A stretch of 64,000 bases of DNA from a virus. Shown one piece after another: positions 1-10,566 of the stretch (positions are counted from its first letter, which is position 1; the number at the start of each line of letters is the position of its first letter). The stretch lies in IMG/VR virus record IMGVR_UViG_3300035181_002074, positions 64,001 through 128,000 of that record, one strand, 5' to 3'. Under the pieces are notes generated by a model. That model did not search any database and was not told the origin of the DNA. It was given only the letters and a program-made list of their open reading frames with translations. Made by a program: the position numbers and the translations under genes.

Positions 1-509
1 TTGTAATCGTTAATATTTTGTGATAATTTTAACTTAAGGAAATTTAATTCCTCTTTACTTGTTTTAGGGGTTCTTGGTGAAGTTTTATTGTCTGATGTGT
101 AAGATTCCAATTCAGAAGCAACCTGCATGTAGTCTGTTAACGCGCTAGGCTCGCTTACTGATTCAGATAGACTAAACTTGCGCTCAAAACATTCTCCGTA
201 ATATTTTAATCGCTGCCCCATAAACCGCATCATATTTTTATAACTGTATTCGTCTGTACCATGATACTTACCAATATAATATAATGCATAAATATACATC
301 ATTCCAAGGATATCATCATAGCCAATGCCCATGTTAAGCCAATAATTAGCCCCATTATTCCAATGATAACCAGCAGTATATCGAAGCACCTTTTTAGTTT
401 CGGGACTAGCCAATATTAATTCATGCTCGGTGGTTATTTTAAGCTGTCGAAGCCCAGTTTCACGTAAATAAATGGCTTCAAAGTCATCGGTAAAGTTAAA
501 TTTTTTCAT
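1..509 (-). CDS. partial hypothetical protein, possibly sigma-factor-like
   Basis: Not in the ORF track because it runs off the window. ATG at 509 overlaps the primase stop; MKKFNFTDDFEAIYLRE...GIGYDDILGMMYIYA... stays open to position 1. Weak resemblance to sigma region 2. Confidence 0.6.
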   Translation of the reverse strand, partial: MKKFNFTDDFEAIYLRETGLRQLKITTEHELILASPETKKVLRYTAGYHWNNGANYWLNMGIGYDDILGMMYIYALYYIGKYHGTDEYSYKNMMRFMGQRLKYYGECFERKFSLSESVSEPSALTDYMQVASELESYTSDNKTSPRTPKTSKEELNFLKLKLSQNINDY

Positions 510-1474
510 TTTTTCTCCCAGTTTAAAATCAAGTTGTAATATCCAAGCGGTTGTGCTGAGTTCAAGGCTTCAGCTGCCTCTTCAAAAGTACATTCTCCAA
601 AATCGGCTTTTTTATTGGCTAATAGACATCTCTGTTTGCATGAATCAGGCACCGTCAATAAATATGTTGGCACATCGAATTCTCTTGCGAGATTCGACAT
701 CTCTAGTGCAGCATCCCCATCCAGAGCGAGGTATACCTTCTGGGGCTTTTTAGTTTTAATTAGATCAATTTGTTTCTTCGATACGACCTTGCCCATGGTT
801 GCCACAAAATTGCCCACATTATAAAATTTTAATGCATCTACTGGCCCTTCCGCAATAATCACAAATTCATTTTCCTTGACATGGTCTAAAAACATTACTA
901 ACGAGTCTCTTCGAAATCCTTCATTATTCCTGACCTTATCTTTATCGGACACCTTATCGATTGCACGACCTTGATATCCAACAAGTTTTCCATTCAAAAT
1001 CACCGGAAACATTACTCTACGTAAATCCAAAAGGTACTTAATTCCGAAATAATCGCATATCCTTGGGGAAAGCCCTCGTTTTTCAAGATATACAGTCCCG
1101 TCGTTTTTTTCTCCACCGATACTGTACTGATGATGCGGTAAGGGGATCTCTGGGAACTCTTCTGCAAAAGGGTTCCAAGTCTCTTCATTAGTCTTTTTAT
1201 GAACGTCAAATGTAAACTCCTTAAAATAATCCGTCTGATAAATTCTACCCTTGGCCTCAATTACGCTGATTCCCAATGTTTCAGCTACCCAATTTGCAAA
1301 CGGTTGCACTCCCCAATCACAGGAGCCCCTGTAGCAGACTGTTGACCCATTAGCCTTTAAAATAGAAAACTTATCGTCTTTGTGGCACTTTGGACACTCG
1401 GTATGGATAGTTCTGCCTCGTTCTTTAAAAGAGATTCCGTTCTCCTCTAGAATCTTGATAATCTTATCTTCCAT
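506..1474 (-). CDS. dnaG: DNA primase (Zn finger + TOPRIM)
   Basis: CPKC...CYRGSC zinc finger, YLEKRG, FPV...GYQGR, EGPVD, ALDGD. Start set at ATG 1474 (track GTG 1528). Confidence 0.9.
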   Translation of the reverse strand: MEDKIIKILEENGISFKERGRTIHTECPKCHKDDKFSILKANGSTVCYRGSCDWGVQPFANWVAETLGISVIEAKGRIYQTDYFKEFTFDVHKKTNEETWNPFAEEFPEIPLPHHQYSIGGEKNDGTVYLEKRGLSPRICDYFGIKYLLDLRRVMFPVILNGKLVGYQGRAIDKVSDKDKVRNNEGFRRDSLVMFLDHVKENEFVIIAEGPVDALKFYNVGNFVATMGKVVSKKQIDLIKTKKPQKVYLALDGDAALEMSNLAREFDVPTYLLTVPDSCKQRCLLANKKADFGECTFEEAAEALNSAQPLGYYNLILNWEKK

Positions 1475-2129
1475 TGTTGCTCGATAAAAAAATGCTGGTA
1501 TATCGAGCGGTTGCTTGACTTGTTCCACGCATTACAATATTACCATTGTTTCTAGCAAAAGACTCAATCGCACCTTCTTCCCATTTAGTGACTGTATCGC
1601 CATAATTAGAATAGCTTGCTTTAACCCCATTATGTAACGCACCGACAACAGTAATATTTGGCAACTTATATTGCGCTGGATATATATTAGTAAAAAATCC
1701 AAACTGAGTATGGGTATTACCGGCAGACACAATAAATTGAGTTGTTGAAGCTTGTTTCATAAGGCTGTACTCATCTAGCACGAAATCCTCTCCTACTAGT
1801 GACAAATTAATGACTTTTGGTGATAAACTAGTAGCATAAGTTAATGCAGCGAGGTAAGTTTCTAGTACATGCTTATCGGTCGGCATGTTCCAGTATTTCA
1901 CTATTACGATACAATACTTATCAGAAAGATTTTTATCAATGATTCCAGCTATGTGAGTGCCATGGCCATGGTTATCAGTCATTCCAGTGTGTGTAAAATC
2001 TTTATGCCCTGTAGCACATAAGTGGTGGAATCTATTGTCTTTAATATCAAGTCCAGTATCAATTATCACAACTTTTTCGGTTGCGTAAGAAGAGATCAAT
2101 AACTGAGATATTAAAAGAAGTAGCTGCAT
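1464..2129 (-). CDS. subtilisin-like (S8) serine protease with hydrophobic N-terminus
   Basis: Catalytic triad motifs IIDTG, HGHGTH, GTSQA; oxyanion SAGN; signal-peptide-like start. Confidence 0.88.
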   Translation of the reverse strand: MQLLLLISQLLISSYATEKVVIIDTGLDIKDNRFHHLCATGHKDFTHTGMTDNHGHGTHIAGIIDKNLSDKYCIVIVKYWNMPTDKHVLETYLAALTYATSLSPKVINLSLVGEDFVLDEYSLMKQASTTQFIVSAGNTHTQFGFFTNIYPAQYKLPNITVVGALHNGVKASYSNYGDTVTKWEEGAIESFARNNGNIVMRGTSQATARYTSIFLSSNNGR

Positions 2130-2150
2130 TACACAACTATACCACTTTAT

Positions 2151-3269
2151 TTAGATTGCGTCAACCATTTTTTCTGGAGAAATTACGGCGTCAGTGCGAG
2201 ATTGTTTATCTTTATCAAAGATAGCTTTAAGCAGCTGATCTTGAAGAATTTGCTCATCACGAATAGCAGTCAGGCATGCCATTAATCCGCGCCATTGACG
2301 TCCGTTAAATTCATACATAACATTATTCGGTTTAGTAATAATTCCAAGGTTTTTAGCAAGTGTGAATACTTCTTCATATTTGTTAATAATTCCTTTATTA
2401 TAATCGAAAGTGATTTCAGCAGTGCGACCTGCCATACCAAAAGATGTTTCATCAATTCTAAAGCGAATCTTGTGAGCTGTACCAGCCGCCTTGTCCATGA
2501 AATCTTTTGTTCCTGCGTCATCCGCAAATGATTCTCCGCCAAGAGATTCCTTACCGGCTTTACTTTGATTACGTTCAACGTAGGCAAAAATTTCCACCTT
2601 ATGTTTAGTGCTTAACGCACCATTCATTTTGATAGTCTTACCACGCATCTGCTCTTTCATGTCCATCTCTGCACGAGCTTGGGCAACTAAAATTAAAGCA
2701 ATCTTGTGTTTACGGATAATTGGCTTAATACGATCAATACCGTCACTGAGTGTAGCTGCACGGTCACCAATTTGCTGAGTCAGGATTGATGTAGCATTCT
2801 GTGTACGGCGACCAACGATCTCGCTGAGTGAATCAATAACGATCGCTTTAATCTTTGCACCTTCTTGACACATAGCGTCAATATCTTGCTCGATACGGTC
2901 GAATACTAGCTCTGGAGAGTTGACATCAAAGGTAATGTGACGGTCTTGGTCAATACCAAACTTCTTGGTCATATCTTCTGAACCTTGGAACTCACCGCGT
3001 AACTCTGTATTAAAAGTTACGGTAATAGCTTCTGGATCGTCCTTATGGCATTGCCCTAAAAAAGCATTAGCCAGTAATGACTTACCGCATTTCTGTGGGC
3101 CCCATAGAATAATCGATGTTCCGTAAGGAATCCCGTATCCATCAATAGCAAAAGCCCAGTTAATACTTGGACTTGGTGATTGTAGACAATTTTCTAGCGC
3201 CTTAGAGTTTGGATTAACCGCACCGTCTAATTTACGCAACTTATTCATATACTTTTTAACATCTGACAT
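2151..3269 (-). CDS. recA: RecA/UvsX-like recombinase
   Basis: Walker A GPQKCGKS, Walker B IVIDS, QIGDRA, ILVAQAR. Confidence 0.9.
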   Translation of the reverse strand: MSDVKKYMNKLRKLDGAVNPNSKALENCLQSPSPSINWAFAIDGYGIPYGTSIILWGPQKCGKSLLANAFLGQCHKDDPEAITVTFNTELRGEFQGSEDMTKKFGIDQDRHITFDVNSPELVFDRIEQDIDAMCQEGAKIKAIVIDSLSEIVGRRTQNATSILTQQIGDRAATLSDGIDRIKPIIRKHKIALILVAQARAEMDMKEQMRGKTIKMNGALSTKHKVEIFAYVERNQSKAGKESLGGESFADDAGTKDFMDKAAGTAHKIRFRIDETSFGMAGRTAEITFDYNKGIINKYEEVFTLAKNLGIITKPNNVMYEFNGRQWRGLMACLTAIRDEQILQDQLLKAIFDKDKQSRTDAVISPEKMVDAI

Positions 3270-3687
3270 CTGATTCTCCTTTTAATAAAATTAAACCTAA
3301 TAGTGAATAGCAACAAATAGTGGAACCCACTGAATTACTTGCTTTATTAAATACTGATAAATCGTCGCAAACCATGACGAGATTATTCCCGATATCTACC
3401 TGATAGATTTTTTTGGCCGTCTTAAGTTGTTGACAAGAAAACTCAAGTAACTGGTTATTAGGAACCCTTGCTGATTGCTCCCATCTTTTTACTATCTGAA
3501 CGTAAAAATTATAGCGCAATAAACTTTCGGACTCGTACTGTTCAGCACATATTAGATATGCAGTCTCATTTTCGCTAGTCATCTCATAAGCGCAATTGAA
3601 CTGTCTTGTCTTGTCTACTGATGAATCCTTGGATGTGGGAATCCTGTCCAAAAAATCGTCAAACGATAATTTTACCAACTTTTTCAT
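3256..3687 (-). CDS. hypothetical protein
   Basis: 143-aa ORF overlapping both neighbours. Confidence 0.7.
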   Translation of the reverse strand: MKKLVKLSFDDFLDRIPTSKDSSVDKTRQFNCAYEMTSENETAYLICAEQYESESLLRYNFYVQIVKRWEQSARVPNNQLLEFSCQQLKTAKKIYQVDIGNNLVMVCDDLSVFNKASNSVGSTICCYSLLGLILLKGESDVRC

Positions 3688-4286
3688 TTCGACTCTCTGT
3701 AATATCTTACCACATCTTCGTCTACTTTGGGCAAAGTTTCATTTTCACCCATGAAATTATGTTGTGGGTCAGTAGTCGAACCAGCATAAGTATTAATCGG
3801 TGTATATTTAGTTGGCTGGTTGATTAAATTTCTACAACTATAATACGAACGATCAAACAGCTTATGCTTAGCTTCAAGGAATTCCTTGGAGGCTTTCAGC
3901 TTATTTAAAGTATCTAAAGCGGCCTGACAATCTGGATCTCGTGTGATTAAAGCATTACGGTAGTCCTCATTAGGCTTTATACCTAATTCTTTAAGCTTAC
4001 CTGCCTGCTCTGGCACCTTATCCAAAATAACAACAGCTTTGCATAAATCAAATTCTTGCTCAGCCTGTAAGATTTCGTAATTAATCCAGCCTATATATTT
4101 CGCGACAAGGCCAGATGCTTGGTTAAATGCAGAAGTTAATTCCACAGCACTAGTAGGATTCACATAGCTAGTCTCAGGAAGTCTCGATTCAGCCTCGTAG
4201 ACTTTAGACATATCTATTTTAATTGAAGAAAGACCTTTTGTGCCTCGTGGAATCACTAGTACATTACTGTCTAGTGTAAAATCCAT
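3684..4286 (-). CDS. helical hypothetical protein (possible UvsY-like mediator)
   Basis: Coiled-coil-like 200 aa between SSB-like and RecA genes; function inferred from context only. Confidence 0.5.
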   Translation of the reverse strand: MDFTLDSNVLVIPRGTKGLSSIKIDMSKVYEAESRLPETSYVNPTSAVELTSAFNQASGLVAKYIGWINYEILQAEQEFDLCKAVVILDKVPEQAGKLKELGIKPNEDYRNALITRDPDCQAALDTLNKLKASKEFLEAKHKLFDRSYYSCRNLINQPTKYTPINTYAGSTTDPQHNFMGENETLPKVDEDVVRYYRESK

Positions 4287-4549
4287 TACGATTGATCTTT
4301 CTTGTTCCGCTTCTGTTTAAATCCAAAGATACTCTTAGCCTCAGTCTCTGCAGCTGGACTTGCTTCTGCAGCTGGACTTGCTTGTGGAGCAGTAGCTTGT
4401 GACTCAATATATGCTTCGCATTCTTCGCGTGTACCGCAATAGTAAGCATACGGAGATGCCTCGCTAATTACCCAGAATTCTCCGTTACGATCACCTAATG
4501 AATAAGTATTGCTTTTATCTGTAATATGGTTTTTATTTTCAATTTTCAT
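4286..4549 (-). CDS. hypothetical protein
   Basis: AGGAG RBS; internal ASPAAE duplication (18-bp tandem near 4347-4382). Confidence 0.75.
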   Translation of the reverse strand: MKIENKNHITDKSNTYSLGDRNGEFWVISEASPYAYYCGTREECEAYIESQATAPQASPAAEASPAAETEAKSIFGFKQKRNKKDQS

Positions 4550-4558
4550 ATATACTCC

Positions 4559-5614
4559 TTATTTCGCAGCTTTTCCAAAGATTTTCTGAAATTCTTCTTC
4601 GGATAATGTACCGCTAGCCGGTTTGGTAGATAGTCCAATAGATGGTGCTTGAGTAGACTGGGCAGCAGTCACATTAACTCCTAATGATTGAGGTGCTGTC
4701 ATGGTTGGAATCACAACATTCATATTTCCGTTACCTGTAGACTCAACTCGTGGTACTGCTACCGCATTAGTGCCCGGTATGGACACATTTAATGTAGGTT
4801 TTGGAGCTTCTACTTGTGTAGATTTACCAACAATACGATCTACAACCAAAGATCTTGATTCCAATGGAGCATTTGCTAGCATTTCCAAGTCCGATGCGCT
4901 TGGAATGGTAAATTTAGTAGCGAGATCTTCAATTTCAGTCGCAAAACGATTGATAATTTCACTGGTTAGTTCATGAATTTTTGGTTTTTCAACTAATTCT
5001 CCACCAATATTAACCGACTCACGGAAAACATCAACAGAATCACTCACGTCTGCTAGGCGAGCACCAGTTTTTACTCTTTTGAAGTTAAGAAAAATGCCGC
5101 GCATACCAGTAATATCGATACCTTTATTATTATACTCGGACGCTAGCTGTTTAAGCTGCTGAAACGCTTTGGAAGGTAGCGCTAAAGTGCCAAGTTCGTT
5201 ATTTTGGGTGATTACATTCACATAATAGCTCTTACGTGGAGTAAAAGGTTTGATATATGTATTGTAAAACATCGCAAGTTGATCTTCAGTTGCACCGGAT
5301 TGCTTAAGCATGTCTTCTTTTGCTTTATATTCTTTTAATTTTTCAAGTACTGGATCGGCAACACGCAATGTTTTGCTACGCACATCAAATTCTTCGATAC
5401 TAGAGAACCAGCGAGTTTTGCCATTTGAATCAAGCATATTTTGGTACAAAGACCAGTATTTGTAATACTGTCCACGTTCAGCAAGAGAGAACATTGGTGG
5501 CAAGATGCGGAAAATATTGTTGCCTCCGTTATCCAAGTTCAAATAAAAAGTTTTTTGTTTTTTAAATCCGCCGTCATTATTTCCAAATTTAGCGCTTCCG
5601 ATAGCAATAGTCAT
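4559..5614 (-). CDS. ssDNA-binding protein (gp32-like)
   Basis: NIFRILPP and YYVNV motifs, long low-complexity tail, replication context. Confidence 0.6.
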   Translation of the reverse strand: MTIAIGSAKFGNNDGGFKKQKTFYLNLDNGGNNIFRILPPMFSLAERGQYYKYWSLYQNMLDSNGKTRWFSSIEEFDVRSKTLRVADPVLEKLKEYKAKEDMLKQSGATEDQLAMFYNTYIKPFTPRKSYYVNVITQNNELGTLALPSKAFQQLKQLASEYNNKGIDITGMRGIFLNFKRVKTGARLADVSDSVDVFRESVNIGGELVEKPKIHELTSEIINRFATEIEDLATKFTIPSASDLEMLANAPLESRSLVVDRIVGKSTQVEAPKPTLNVSIPGTNAVAVPRVESTGNGNMNVVIPTMTAPQSLGVNVTAAQSTQAPSIGLSTKPASGTLSEEEFQKIFGKAAK

Positions 5615-5628
5615 ATTATGATTCCTTA

Positions 5629-6390
5629 TTAGTTAGTTATATCTGTTTTTTGTTGTGCAGTTTTTGCTGCACGTTTTGTTGGTTGTTTGTTGGTTGTTTC
5701 ACCAGTTAATTTCTCTCTGATTTGTATCAAAGCATCCTTAACTGATTCATCAGTTACTGGTTCATTAATTTCAATCGAGCCTACTGGCTGCGGTAAAAAC
5801 GATGAATTCGTATCTTGATAATTATATATAATGACGGGCAGAATTGTTGCTGCAGACCGTGCATTAAAAGCTTTTGTTGATAATTCCTTTTGGGCAACTA
5901 CGGCATAAAGATCACTACCCATTGTACGTTCAATGAGATCTTTAACCGCGCCAGAAATATCTTGTTGACGATTATGATCGTCAGTACTCAATTGTGGAGC
6001 CGGTAGAACTTCAATACCATAATGGTATTTAATTTTATTTAACTCATCCAATAGCATCCAGTATTCTTGAGCTGCAAAAGTATCTCGTGGAGTTCTATCT
6101 TTAATGGCATCTGAAATACGATTTAACACACCGAGATAATTATGAGTAATTGTTTGATATTTACTTTCTGCGATATCAGCAAATGACTTGGAATATTCAC
6201 CAGTAAGAGCAATAACTTTAATGGATGATTGAACCGCAGATTTATATTGCTCAGTTAATTCAGCAATACGACGCTCGGCATTACGTTTAATAGCAAATGC
6301 TCCTGCTTGTACATTCGGATTCGTTAATTCCGGTTCAATTGCAGCTTCGCTTTCAGCATCCCTAAGTTCTTTTAAAATTTCTTTTAACAT
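5629..6390 (-). CDS. hypothetical protein
   Basis: 253-aa ORF with GAGG RBS and upstream extended -10. Confidence 0.75.
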   Translation of the reverse strand: MLKEILKELRDAESEAAIEPELTNPNVQAGAFAIKRNAERRIAELTEQYKSAVQSSIKVIALTGEYSKSFADIAESKYQTITHNYLGVLNRISDAIKDRTPRDTFAAQEYWMLLDELNKIKYHYGIEVLPAPQLSTDDHNRQQDISGAVKDLIERTMGSDLYAVVAQKELSTKAFNARSAATILPVIIYNYQDTNSSFLPQPVGSIEINEPVTDESVKDALIQIREKLTGETTNKQPTKRAAKTAQQKTDITN

Positions 6391-6409
6391 TTTGTACCTC
6401 TCATAGATA

Positions 6410-9400
6410 TTATACCATATCTAACGTTTTTAATTGTGCCTTCGTTATTAAAGGTACGATTTTTCTAAATCTTAGTCCATATCCATTAAACTGACCAGTT
6501 TTATCTTTTTTCTCGACTGCAGTATATAATACCACACAAATCAATCCTTTGTATCCACTGTCTGCTTTAAATTCACCGTAATTAGGCCAAAGTGTTTCTT
6601 GATAGAATAACCCACCGGCATCCAACGATAGCTCATTACGAGTTTTAGATTTATTTGCATAATCCTTAACCTTCTCGTCGATCACGTATGCCACCATGCC
6701 GATGGTTCTAGGCTTAGTAAATGCACCAGCTTCGGCTTGTGACTTAAAAATCTCAAATTTAGAGCCATCTATAATATCTACCATTTGTTCAGAATGGCCA
6801 TGATAGTAGGTATTAGACTCGTCAGCCCATTTCCATTGCCACCATGAATACCCGTTCTTATTATAATGTTTCCCACCGCGATTAGGTAAAACCGTTGGCC
6901 TTAAATCTTGTGAATAGATTTGGATTAGCTGTTTCTTGATCATATAGCGACCAAGATCACCCAGTCCGATATATTTTTCTGGCACAGACTCTTTCTTGCG
7001 TACCTTGATCTTGGATAAGAGATCCTCGAATAAATCCAGCTTTTCGACTAATGTCATCTCAGCAGGCAGCAGAGAATCAAGTAATCCAGATACTATCATT
7101 TTACGCACAATCTCTTCGGTTACTGGGGATCTACCGTTCGCTCCCTTGGACTGGGTTGATTGCACAAAATGCTCGAAATCTTTATATGGGGCATTACTAA
7201 TAATATGATCGTAAGTTTTTTCGCCTAACCCTTTAATAATGGAAAATGGCGCAACTAACCGGTCACCGATAATTTGGAACTCATCAGATGAATTATTTAC
7301 TGATGGTAAATCAGTGAAATCACAAACATATCTCCAAAATTTTGAAGCTAATTCATCTTTACTGGCATTCGATAAGATAGCTTTCCACCAATGTAGCGGA
7401 TATCGAGTTTTCAAATACATACAGGCATAAGCAGTATAGCTATACGAAATAGCATGACTCTTATTAAAGGAATACTTTGATGAGGCCATGATTTGCTGCA
7501 TTAGTAAGTCTGATTGAGCCGTCGTCCATCCACGTTTAAGGCATTGTTGTTTTAAGCGAAGAGAACAATCTAATAATACTTTTTCATCTTTTTTACTGAT
7601 AGCTCTTCGCACTTCTTCAGCTTCTTCGTAAGATAAGCCACCGATATCACGGAAAATCTGTAAAGTTTGTTCTTGATACAATTGAATCCCAAAAGTTTCT
7701 TTTAAGATATGCTCTAAGTCACCGTGAATATAAGACATTGGCTCACCTTTGGCTCTAGCCACGAAGATTTCAGCCAAAGTACGACCATCTTCGCCTTTAC
7801 TGTCCAGTGTGCCCGGTCTACCCAGAGCAGTAACACCAGCAGTGCCGTCAAGATCCGTTGGTTTAATGTCAATCAATAGTGGACGAACTGTCGGGGTATC
7901 AAACTGAAATACAGTTTCTGTTTTCCCGATCGAGAACATATTCCAACATTCTTTATCATCTGGTAAATTAAATGGGTCTAGGGTGATACCTAATTCAGAT
8001 TTAATAGATTTCAAGCATGACTGAATATCTTTAAGCGTGTTCAATCCAAGGAAGTCAAATTTAATTCCACCAGCTAATTCTACAGATTTTGGACTAAATC
8101 CAGTTACACGGGTACCATTCGTGACGGAAATTGGCATAACATCCTGAATCGGCACTGGAGCTATGATAGTCCCACATGCATGAACACCGCGATTACGTTG
8201 GATTCCTAACGCCTCTTTAACGATTGCCCAAACATCTGGGTTCCGCTTTGCGTATTCTCTTAATTGCTCATTTTGCTCAAAAATACCCCTATGAGATATT
8301 CCTGCCTCATCTTCATATCCAAACACGTATTCGTAATCATTAACCCCTTGCGGCGTCATTGGGAGTGATTTTGTAAGTATTTCTGTCGGTTTACGCACTT
8401 CCCCATGAATGTAACGCTCGGCATCTTTGATAGCAGATTTAAGTCGCAATAATTGATCGGTCGAAATCCTAGCAAACTTGTCCCCATATTTTTGTTCTAA
8501 ATATTTAAACACCGCATCTTGATCAGAAATATCAATATCCAAGTCGGGCATGGATTTACTGATAATACGACCGGGAGTCATGAATCGTTCAAAACTAAGA
8601 TTATGTTTTAATGGATTAATAGCCGAAACTCCTAGTAGATACACTAGTAAGCTACCGCCACCAGAACCACGAAGATTAATTAATATATCATTATTTCTGC
8701 AAAAATTTGCAACATCTTCTACGACGAAAAAATAAGGCATAAGATTAATGCCGTTATTAGTTAATACATCAATCTCTTTTTTTAATCGCTCTACCATTGC
8801 GGGGTTATCCCACTGCATGCGACCATATACATCAATTTTCGCTTTCAGATCTTGCATCCATGTTGGATCTGCAATCTCTAATAACCAGCGATCTTTATTA
8901 GTCGGCATTTTAAAGTCATTAAATTTGCTTCCCCATTCGTATGAATTTTCCACCCATTGCGTGAATGTTTTCTCATCTACTCCAATTTGCTTGTTTAATG
9001 TCTCAAAAGCCTCTTGGCTAGTCACGATACTGTAATCATTGTAAAACTTCCAAGCTTCATCACCATTACTTAAACGAAGATCTTGAATTACTTTTTGCGA
9101 TTTAGTTGCATAATGAGAATCAAGCGACACAAGAATCTTATCGCCATATTTATTGCCCATTGATACCATGAAATTATTGATATACTTTTGCATGTCACCG
9201 TCAGGATACATTCCTGAGCATTCATTTGGCTTGAAAATACCTGTACCAGCTTTACGGGTTACTCCATCTGGTTCATAAACTGGACGAACCCAGTCATGGG
9301 TAATAGTATGGGGAAAAATCTCAATAAAAAAATCATCCTTACCTGATAGCTCGCGTAGCATTAAATAATATTCTTCTGCGAGAGCTGGATTAGGGGCTAG

Positions 9401-9985
9401 AATGCCATCGCGGCTTCCCATCAGGGTTTTGCCGATCATCCCAACCATACAGCTCGAACCAACGGTAATTTTACCTTTTAATGGAGCTAAATCTTCTAGT
9501 GTTGCTACCGGTTTAGACTCACCAAAATGAACGATTGCTCTTTCATTCATTTTTGGAGTTAAGCGACACATATGCTGATACGCATCGTAATCCTTAAAAT
9601 GTACGGTTAAGTGAAAATAAAATTCTGTAGCTTTCTTTTCAATCTCATTTAACACTTTTTCTTCGTTTAGTTTAGCCCATGGATCTTTCAGTCTTGACTT
9701 AAATCTAGGGTCGCGAGATCTCCATGCATTTAGGTAAGCTTGTCTTATTTGATCAACAAATGGATGAGCTAGATATAATTCAATACCAATAATCGGCTTC
9801 AGCCCGTGCTTTGGAGCTTCAGTGTACAGCTTCATCGCAGAGTTTACATTGCCATGTTCAGTTAAAGTTAAATGAGTCGCACCCAATTCAGCGGTACGTT
9901 TGCATAACTGATCAATTGTGGCTGCACCGTCAAGACTATCCTGACTATGTTGATGAACATTCAATAACTGTCTGAAATCACACAT
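6410..9985 (-). CDS. dnaE: DNA polymerase III alpha subunit (PHP + Pol C family)
   Basis: HQHSQDSLDG/TEHG PHP motifs, RGSGGGS, FERF, PDLDID, HACG, KFDFLGL, YQEQ, YSFNKSH. Confidence 0.96.
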   Translation of the reverse strand: MCDFRQLLNVHQHSQDSLDGAATIDQLCKRTAELGATHLTLTEHGNVNSAMKLYTEAPKHGLKPIIGIELYLAHPFVDQIRQAYLNAWRSRDPRFKSRLKDPWAKLNEEKVLNEIEKKATEFYFHLTVHFKDYDAYQHMCRLTPKMNERAIVHFGESKPVATLEDLAPLKGKITVGSSCMVGMIGKTLMGSRDGILAPNPALAEEYYLMLRELSGKDDFFIEIFPHTITHDWVRPVYEPDGVTRKAGTGIFKPNECSGMYPDGDMQKYINNFMVSMGNKYGDKILVSLDSHYATKSQKVIQDLRLSNGDEAWKFYNDYSIVTSQEAFETLNKQIGVDEKTFTQWVENSYEWGSKFNDFKMPTNKDRWLLEIADPTWMQDLKAKIDVYGRMQWDNPAMVERLKKEIDVLTNNGINLMPYFFVVEDVANFCRNNDILINLRGSGGGSLLVYLLGVSAINPLKHNLSFERFMTPGRIISKSMPDLDIDISDQDAVFKYLEQKYGDKFARISTDQLLRLKSAIKDAERYIHGEVRKPTEILTKSLPMTPQGVNDYEYVFGYEDEAGISHRGIFEQNEQLREYAKRNPDVWAIVKEALGIQRNRGVHACGTIIAPVPIQDVMPISVTNGTRVTGFSPKSVELAGGIKFDFLGLNTLKDIQSCLKSIKSELGITLDPFNLPDDKECWNMFSIGKTETVFQFDTPTVRPLLIDIKPTDLDGTAGVTALGRPGTLDSKGEDGRTLAEIFVARAKGEPMSYIHGDLEHILKETFGIQLYQEQTLQIFRDIGGLSYEEAEEVRRAISKKDEKVLLDCSLRLKQQCLKRGWTTAQSDLLMQQIMASSKYSFNKSHAISYSYTAYACMYLKTRYPLHWWKAILSNASKDELASKFWRYVCDFTDLPSVNNSSDEFQIIGDRLVAPFSIIKGLGEKTYDHIISNAPYKDFEHFVQSTQSKGANGRSPVTEEIVRKMIVSGLLDSLLPAEMTLVEKLDLFEDLLSKIKVRKKESVPEKYIGLGDLGRYMIKKQLIQIYSQDLRPTVLPNRGGKHYNKNGYSWWQWKWADESNTYYHGHSEQMVDIIDGSKFEIFKSQAEAGAFTKPRTIGMVAYVIDEKVKDYANKSKTRNELSLDAGGLFYQETLWPNYGEFKADSGYKGLICVVLYTAVEKKDKTGQFNGYGLRFRKIVPLITKAQLKTLDMV

Positions 9986-10195
9986 TTATTCACCCATCGC
10001 GGTTTTGAGTTTTTTAATTGCTTTCTTATATGTCATATCTAATGTCTCCGTCGTCATGTGCATAACTTTACAAATCACCGTATCTGGCACCCCATCTGGA
10101 TATGCTTCCATAAGAGTCTTCAAGCTATTATTATACGCCGGTGCATCAATAAAGTCAACCTCATTTTCAATCCGATCATTATTCTTGGTTTTCAT
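9986..10195 (-). CDS. small HTH protein (sigma region 4-like)
   Basis: DTVICKVMHMTTETLDMTYKKAIKKLK resembles a region 4.2 HTH. Confidence 0.5.
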   Translation of the reverse strand: MKTKNNDRIENEVDFIDAPAYNNSLKTLMEAYPDGVPDTVICKVMHMTTETLDMTYKKAIKKLKTAMGE

Positions 10196-10566
10196 GTCTT
10201 AATCTCGAAAATTTTTAATTTTACTCTTTCTTTTTCTTGTTTCATTAACTCGATCTCTTCTTCTATTTTTGCAATCTCTAGGTTTAGTCCGTTCAGCTTC
10301 AAGTGTAGTACGTTCATGTCATTCGTAATAGAAACAATAGATTTCCTGATCGATTTAGCTTCATTTAACGATACGATTCTTGCTCGCCCAGATAAAAAAT
10401 CCCATGAAGATTGAAGCATTTGTGCGTGAGTATAAGATGATTGCAGCATTGTCTCTACGCTAAATAGCTGATGCTTAATTTTTCGAACATCCGATTCTTT
10501 GGCTTCAATCCTCATCACCAACTGCTCCTCGAAAATATTCGTATAGCTAGGTCTCCACAATCTCAT
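10192..10566 (-). CDS. coiled-coil hypothetical protein
   Basis: ATGA-coupled ORF. Confidence 0.7.
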   Translation of the reverse strand: MRLWRPSYTNIFEEQLVMRIEAKESDVRKIKHQLFSVETMLQSSYTHAQMLQSSWDFLSGRARIVSLNEAKSIRKSIVSITNDMNVLHLKLNGLNLEIAKIEEEIELMKQEKERVKLKIFEIKT

